A DNA stretch of 39,390 bases from a virus. Its lineage: Duplodnaviria > Caudoviricetes. This document shows positions 34,573 through 39,390 of the stretch, one piece after another. A program made the position numbers and the translations under genes. Position 1 is the first letter of the stretch, and each line of letters begins with the position of its first letter. Where the stretch lies: IMG/VR virus record IMGVR_UViG_3300014208_000077, positions 1 through 39,390 of that record, one strand, 5' to 3'. The notes under the pieces were generated by a model. That model ran no database searches. It was not told where the DNA came from and worked only from the letters and a program-made list of their open reading frames with translations.

Positions 34573-35367
34573 TTACAGTGCGGGCTTGAGCTTCTTGAGC
34601 AAATCCAGATGGTACTGAGCACAAAGATCCTGAATCTGTCGCTCGGGGGTGGAGTCATCAAAGGATGCGGCATCCTTCTTCATCTCCAGCACCACCTTCA
34701 AAAGGGTCGCCGCTGCTGCCTGGAGATCCGCTGCGGTTGTGATGCTGCCATCACAATACTGAGCCAGGATCAAAGCCATTTTGCCTGACCAAGTTGATGC
34801 CATGGGATTAGAAAAAGCTGCGCCCTTCTCCCACCGCTGACCCTCATAGTCCTTCCAGACACCAGGCTTGTTCGAGGGCCCAGGCTTCTTCTGTCCGCTG
34901 GGACCACCATTCTGGGTCACGTAGCAGCGGTCACCCTCATCGCCGGTCTCATAGAAGCACTTACCCTTGGCTTCAGGCTCCCACTTACCGGGTCCACGAA
35001 CGGTTTCCCCGCCGTAACCCTTACCGGACTCACCGTGCTGCCGTCCGGCTTCCAGAGCTGTATCACTGGAGCCCGATTCATCCCAGTAACTCTCGGCACC
35101 GGCTGTATGGCGCAAAACGGGGATAAGATGCTTACGAAGATCGGGGCGCTCCGAAGCAAGCTTGGCAACCTGATCCCGCAATGTCATTGCCTTCTTCTCC
35201 TTGGGATAGGTAGTAGCACCCCAGGAGTCGAAATTATCCTTCTTCTCCTGCTGCTCAACGAACTTGTCCATTGCTTTCTGGGAGCTGAAAAACTTTTCCT
35301 TGTTTACCCGTTGGTCTTTCTTCCACTCAGTCCAACGAATGCCCCATTCACCATCTGATTTAGCCAA
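34573..35367 (-). CDS. Late modular hypothetical protein with internal copy of the same motif
   Basis: 264 aa, TTG start with SD AGGAG. Internal MTLRDQVAKLASERPDLRKHLIPVLRHTAG. Late-type promoter motif upstream. Confidence 0.7.
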   Translation of the reverse strand: MAKSDGEWGIRWTEWKKDQRVNKEKFFSSQKAMDKFVEQQEKKDNFDSWGATTYPKEKKAMTLRDQVAKLASERPDLRKHLIPVLRHTAGAESYWDESGSSDTALEAGRQHGESGKGYGGETVRGPGKWEPEAKGKCFYETGDEGDRCYVTQNGGPSGQKKPGPSNKPGVWKDYEGQRWEKGAAFSNPMASTWSGKMALILAQYCDGSITTAADLQAAAATLLKVVLEMKKDAASFDDSTPERQIQDLCAQYHLDLLKKLKPAL

Positions 35368-35413
35368 CTGGGTCTCTCCTGCAAGTCAACCATGCACCTT
35401 GCAACAGGTGTTG

Positions 35414-35429
35414 CTATAAAGAGGCTATT
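35414..35429 (-). promoter_or_regulatory. Putative phage late promoter (TAR-N6-TATA)
   Basis: AATAG-CCTCTT-TATAG. Confidence 0.6.
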
Positions 35430-35437
35430 GAAGGAGT

Positions 35438-35770
35438 ATGACCCTTATGGTTCAGGACTTGTACGTGATCCAGATGGGGAAAACGGGTGCCTTCAAGGTA
35501 GGGCGCTCACGGTGCCCCAAGGAGCGCCTCCTACAGCTTCAGACCGGTTGCCCCTACCCGCTTAGGCTAATCCTTGTCTTGCCCGGACAGGGGCACCTGG
35601 AGCCCTTGCTGCATAGGAAACTGGAGCGAGGAAAAACTCACGGGGGGGAGGAATGGTTCGACTACGATGTCCTTCCCGAACTACCTGTGTGGATCTACGA
35701 GCAAATTGACTTGGATGTGGCTAACTGGTGGTGGTGTGGGGGGATTCCTAAACTGGAGCCTACTCGGTAG
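35438..35770 (+). CDS. GIY-YIG nuclease family protein (T5orf172/MUG113-like)
   Basis: LYVIQ...FKVGRS..PKERLLQLQTGCPYPL...LEPLLHRKL...GEEWF. Confidence 0.85.
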   Translation: MTLMVQDLYVIQMGKTGAFKVGRSRCPKERLLQLQTGCPYPLRLILVLPGQGHLEPLLHRKLERGKTHGGEEWFDYDVLPELPVWIYEQIDLDVANWWWCGGIPKLEPTR

Positions 35771-36014
35771 TCGTATGAGTAACGCTTGCCCGGCAAGCTG
35801 CCTGGGTCTGACAGGCTAACTGCATCTGAGCACCTGGGTCATCTGGGTGCTCAACCAAGCAGACGTTCTTGTCATCTACCGTCGTCTGAATGTCCACACA
35901 CTCGATGCAGGCACCGTTTGCATCCTGTACCCAGCAGTCAATGCTTTCATCCGTGTCGGAGCACCCGACAAAGCAGATCGTGCAGAAAGCGATCAGGGAA
36001 AGCAAGTATTTCAT
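35760..36014 (-). CDS. Small Cys-rich lipoprotein
   Basis: Signal peptide MKYLLSLIAFCTIC followed by lipobox FVG-C. Six further Cys in the mature part. Confidence 0.7.
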   Translation of the reverse strand: MKYLLSLIAFCTICFVGCSDTDESIDCWVQDANGACIECVDIQTTVDDKNVCLVEHPDDPGAQMQLACQTQAACRASVTHTTTE

Positions 36015-36394
36015 CAGTAGGCTCCTTTCAATCCGTTCCCAGCACGGATTGAGACCTGTTTGTCTACTTGATATTGCCCGGGAGTCTTCGATGTGTACTT
36101 AGAGGGTTCTTTCTCAGGAATTAACCCTTGATGACGAGCCCTTTGCATTGTCAGAGCTTGCCGCACCAGCCTAGCTTGTTCGGGGTCATCCAGAGTCTCC
36201 AGCCGATCAAAAAGCTCGTGCTGGGGGACACCCACATAAGGATTGGGTGGGGTGTAGAGCACATGCTGCTCTACGTCCGAATCCGTGTCCCCATCTGGAA
36301 TGCAAGCGTGAATGGCGTCCTCTACCTCCGTGCGATTCTGTAGCAGCGGAGGATTCGTAGCCACGAGATCCCAAAGTGTAGAGCAGCGTGTCAT
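36014..36394 (-). CDS. Hypothetical protein
   Basis: 126 aa, TGATG-coupled to the lipoprotein gene. ATG lies about 15 nt after the TATA motif with no visible SD. Confidence 0.55.
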   Translation of the reverse strand: MTRCSTLWDLVATNPPLLQNRTEVEDAIHACIPDGDTDSDVEQHVLYTPPNPYVGVPQHELFDRLETLDDPEQARLVRQALTMQRARHQGLIPEKEPSKYTSKTPGQYQVDKQVSIRAGNGLKGAY

Positions 36395-36408
36395 CGATTG
36401 AGAGGATG

Positions 36409-36424
36409 CTATAAGGAGGTTAGT
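36409..36424 (-). promoter_or_regulatory. Putative phage late promoter (TAR-N6-TATA)
   Basis: ACTAA-CCTCCT-TATAG. Confidence 0.5.
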
Positions 36425-36440
36425 GATAAGGAGGTTAGTG
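36411..36440. repeat. Perfect 15-bp tandem duplication
   Basis: ATAAGGAGGTTAGTG x2. Confidence 0.95.
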
Positions 36441-36449
36441 AGCTGAAAC

Positions 36450-38969
36450 TCAGGCTTCGAGCGCCTTTGCCGCTTCGAGCCCCCGATCCGTGCTGAAGTA
36501 CTCCGTGGAGGTGAACACGGTCAGAAGATGCCCACCGGGCAACGCATAGAACATGCCCTCCTCCTTCTCCGCCTTCGCCAGGCTCACGGTCGGGTACTTG
36601 ACAGTCAGCTGCTCCGCCGTCATCGCCTTGGTGTCGAAGCAATCCGGGATGAGCCCGGTTGCCCCCACATACATGACGAGCGGGCTGATGGTCTCCCGGT
36701 AGACCTTGTCGAGAGTCTCATCCACCAGACCACGCAGGGTACTCAGCCACATGATGGCGTCATCCCCGGTGATCTTGCCCAGGGTCACATTCCTGATAGA
36801 GGTCTCCAGCAAGGACATATTCGCCGTGAAGGTGGGGCTCTTGTCCGGGTTGCAGATCTCCTCCAGGATGGCAAGGATGCTCTTCAAGGAGCCGTTGGAC
36901 TCCAGCCCGAGGAACTCGGCGTAGATCGGATAGGTGACTGCATCCACAGCATCCAGCTTCGTCCGGGAGGACAGCGTCTTGATGCCCCACTTGCCCCCGG
37001 ACAGGAGGTGCCCGAGGGCAAGCGGCAGGGTGGGCTTGTCCACCTCCTTGCCGTCCGACCCGGTGTAAGTGAACCGGCGCTGGAGTGCCTCGTTACCCGA
37101 CTTGAGCTTCCCAAGGTTGGTGATCTCTGGGGTACCAATCTCGACCTTGTAGCTGATGCGGGTGTCCACCTCACCATTGGACACGGCATCCTTCAGCTCG
37201 GAGTACGGATTGCAGGTCGGGGCATTGAAATACAAGGAGGTCGACAGGCAATGATCCTTGAGTGCCTGCACCTGCTCCGCCGTGTAGGCGGGAGCAGCAT
37301 CCTTGACCAGCCCGGAGAGGATCTTCTGGAGCACAGTCAGCTGGGTGAGCTTGTCAAACGTACCCGCCGGGATGCTGAAGTCCTGGTCGAAGTCGACCAC
37401 GGACAGCTTGCTAAGATCCATGATGATCATATTGGTGGGCTCAAAATCCCCGACCACCAGACCCAGATCCTTGAATGCCTGGAAGCACCGCTTGTCCGAT
37501 GTGCGGATCGGCAGCGACTTCATGTTGACCTGCCCGTCCCCGATCACGGTGTAGTTGTTGTAGCTCTTGAGATCCAGCGTGATCCCAGCCACCTCCTTGA
37601 TAGTCTCCTTGTCAGCCAATCTCACAAGCTGGGCATCTGCAACCAGCCGGATGTTCGCCGAAGCCGTGTTCCGGTTGACATCAATGCCGGAGATCCCAGC
37701 CCAACCGTTGTAGTCAGGAGCATTCCGCAGATCGAAGGCAGGCTTGGTGACCTTGCCGTCCTCACCACGAACCCCGGCAATCCGCTTCAGCCCCCGCCGC
37801 TGATAGCTCTTCACCAGCGTGGGGATGTGAACCCGGATGCTAGACTTGTACTGCCGAAGGAGTTCCAGAACATCCAGGACGGTCGGGCCCGACTGACCCA
37901 GTCCGTACTCCCGAGACCAACCCGTGGTCAGACTCTCGAAAAGGTACCGCTCCAGCGTCGCAGCCATCTCCGCGATCTCGGTTCCAACGAGCGCACGGGC
38001 GTGCTGCCGGAAAGCAATGTTCCTGGTGGAGATCATGGCGTACTTGGCAGCGTTCAAGGCACCCAGCGCCAGCTGCGCCCGAGCGTAAGCCATCAGGGGC
38101 AGGCTTTCATCCAGGGGAGCCGTGGAAGCCTCAAAGGTTGCCTGGTCTACCTTACGGTAGCGGTACACCATCTTGTCGTCGTCCGGAGCAAGCCCCTTGA
38201 TGTTCAGGCTCTCGGTTCCACCGAGCACCTTCTTCGCCTTGCGAGACATGAATGTGATGAAGTCGTAGGCCCCGATCGGGGCCTCGATCTCAGGTGCCAT
38301 CTGACCGGCAAGCAGCGTGGTGGTGTCATGCAGTGCCTGGTACACCTGGCGGATGTCCTTCACCTGAAGGCACTTACCCGAGAGCTTGTTAGCGATACCC
38401 GTGAGCAAACCGAAGTCGCAGTAGTCACGGTACGCCAGGGTGTTGCAGAAAACCTTCGGGTGCTTGGCAAGAGCATCCACAGCCTTCGTGACGTTCTGTG
38501 CCTCCGTGTAAGGGCTGGGGTCATTGGCATAGCCATCGCTGTGCAACGTGATGCAAGTAGTCTCCTTGTCATCAACCAGCTTCTCGGCTGCCACGAGTGC
38601 CTGGGAGATGCCCGTAAGACCCCGCACATGCATGCCCCGGATAGCCATCAATGCCGAGCTATTGGGTGCCATGACATCCGCCACAGTCTGGCGGGCAAAA
38701 TGCAACTGGCAGTCCCCGTTGCTGGAGAAACTCAGAAGGCTGATTCGCATCGAGGGATTGGCAAATTCCTCCAGGGTGAGGATCTTTTCCACAGTCGACT
38801 TGAGGGAGCTGAAGTCCCCCCACATTGACCCGGAGGCATCCAGAATGAGGATGATGTGGCTAGGAGCCTGTACGACCACAGGAGCCTGCTTGCTCACATC
38901 CTCAGGATCTACCAGGAAATACGAAAAGGGCTTTCCGCTGAAGTTGTAGACGGCGAACTTGCTCTGCAT
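36450..38969 (-). CDS. Large vWA domain protein
   Basis: 839 aa. MIDAS motif ILILDASGSM, RGLTGISQAL and TLHSDGY, then a long unrecognised C-terminal region. SD GGAGGAG. Confidence 0.85.
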   Translation of the reverse strand: MQSKFAVYNFSGKPFSYFLVDPEDVSKQAPVVVQAPSHIILILDASGSMWGDFSSLKSTVEKILTLEEFANPSMRISLLSFSSNGDCQLHFARQTVADVMAPNSSALMAIRGMHVRGLTGISQALVAAEKLVDDKETTCITLHSDGYANDPSPYTEAQNVTKAVDALAKHPKVFCNTLAYRDYCDFGLLTGIANKLSGKCLQVKDIRQVYQALHDTTTLLAGQMAPEIEAPIGAYDFITFMSRKAKKVLGGTESLNIKGLAPDDDKMVYRYRKVDQATFEASTAPLDESLPLMAYARAQLALGALNAAKYAMISTRNIAFRQHARALVGTEIAEMAATLERYLFESLTTGWSREYGLGQSGPTVLDVLELLRQYKSSIRVHIPTLVKSYQRRGLKRIAGVRGEDGKVTKPAFDLRNAPDYNGWAGISGIDVNRNTASANIRLVADAQLVRLADKETIKEVAGITLDLKSYNNYTVIGDGQVNMKSLPIRTSDKRCFQAFKDLGLVVGDFEPTNMIIMDLSKLSVVDFDQDFSIPAGTFDKLTQLTVLQKILSGLVKDAAPAYTAEQVQALKDHCLSTSLYFNAPTCNPYSELKDAVSNGEVDTRISYKVEIGTPEITNLGKLKSGNEALQRRFTYTGSDGKEVDKPTLPLALGHLLSGGKWGIKTLSSRTKLDAVDAVTYPIYAEFLGLESNGSLKSILAILEEICNPDKSPTFTANMSLLETSIRNVTLGKITGDDAIMWLSTLRGLVDETLDKVYRETISPLVMYVGATGLIPDCFDTKAMTAEQLTVKYPTVSLAKAEKEEGMFYALPGGHLLTVFTSTEYFSTDRGLEAAKALEA

Positions 38970-39028
38970 TGTGCTCCTCCCGAGTCATCTCGTTCGGAGC
39001 TACTTACTCGTTGTGGTGCAGGAATGAT

Positions 39029-39390
39029 CTAGTCTCGAGGGCAAGGAGGATTCGGCGGAACCGGGATTTCATTCCAGCAATCGTGAAACCGGGGGAGAGC
39101 ACAATTCTGATGCACCGACCGACAAGCCGCCACCGTGTACTCGTTGTTCGCCCCAACGTTGTCACAATGCCAGACCGCCGGGAGTCCACAGGCTGCAATG
39201 CAGTCCACGTTTGAGACCGTGGAACAAAGCTCCCCTTCCCTCTGATCGAAAACGCACCAGTTCACCAGGCAGTTCACCAGGCAATCTCTTCCAAGAACAC
39301 AGCCCACCTGGCAATTCTCACAGCTACCCCATCCCATCCCGTCCTGGTTGCAGGTCTGCTCCCCCTCCATGGACGGGGTGCAAGAGCAAG
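39029..39390 (-). CDS. Cys-rich protein (5' truncated), myxobacterial-style disulfide repeat
   Basis: Frame stays open to the window edge: CSCTPSMEGEQTCNQDGMGWGSCENC..., with many Cys. Confidence 0.6.
   Translation of the reverse strand, partial: CSCTPSMEGEQTCNQDGMGWGSCENCQVGCVLGRDCLVNCLVNWCVFDQREGELCSTVSNVDCIAACGLPAVWHCDNVGANNEYTVAACRSVHQNCALPRFHDCWNEIPVPPNPPCPRD
39258..39281. repeat. Perfect 12-bp in-frame tandem duplication
   Basis: CAGTTCACCAGG x2, encoding CLVN-CLVN on the minus strand. Confidence 0.9.

Noticed and set aside
36528-38828. 766-aa + strand ORF
   Set aside because: Antisense shadow of the vWA gene.
1-39390. Alternative genetic code (stop-codon reassignment)
   Set aside because: Long structural genes are intact in code 11, and TAA, TAG and TGA all occur at natural gene boundaries.

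Overview
This window is part of a large contractile-tailed (myovirus-type, probably jumbo) phage genome read in the standard genetic code. The minus strand from about 28.8 kb to beyond the left edge is the neck/tail morphogenesis module. In order it has a Zn-finger neck protein, an HK97 gp10-like protein, a probable tail terminator, an FmdB-type Zn ribbon, a giant 1884-aa tail sheath, the tail tube, two tail-assembly-chaperone-like proteins, a 1162-aa tape measure and two tube-like baseplate proteins. It ends in a baseplate hub (<1..2469, absent from the supplied ORF track) that carries an inserted SleB-like cell-wall hydrolase domain. Sheath and tube are separated by a 4 kb insert (wHTH-wHTH-RHH protein, MerR-HTH, VIT-vWA). 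The right part is accessory: a three-gene + strand cassette, HNH, two GIY-YIG nucleases, a TM-type tRNase Z, two late proteins sharing a ~28-aa motif, Cys-rich (lipo)proteins and a second large vWA protein. The intergenic DNA shows two recurring promoter-like motifs. TAR-N6-TATA occurs 5 times on the minus strand, including before the tube, sheath and neck operons. GGCTTAG-N13-GGAGTA occurs as 3 exact copies on the plus strand. One copy of the second motif precedes no gene but a ~150-nt three-hairpin segment, a candidate undescribed phage small RNA. Also present are a family of small paralogues sharing an IRTPxGRxxLA motif and a truncated duplicate of a tail chaperone. Cys-rich repeats hint at a Myxococcota/deltaproteobacterial host (inference). 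No tRNA, rRNA, CRISPR array or integrase was recognised. All calls come from motif reading and gene order, not database searches.
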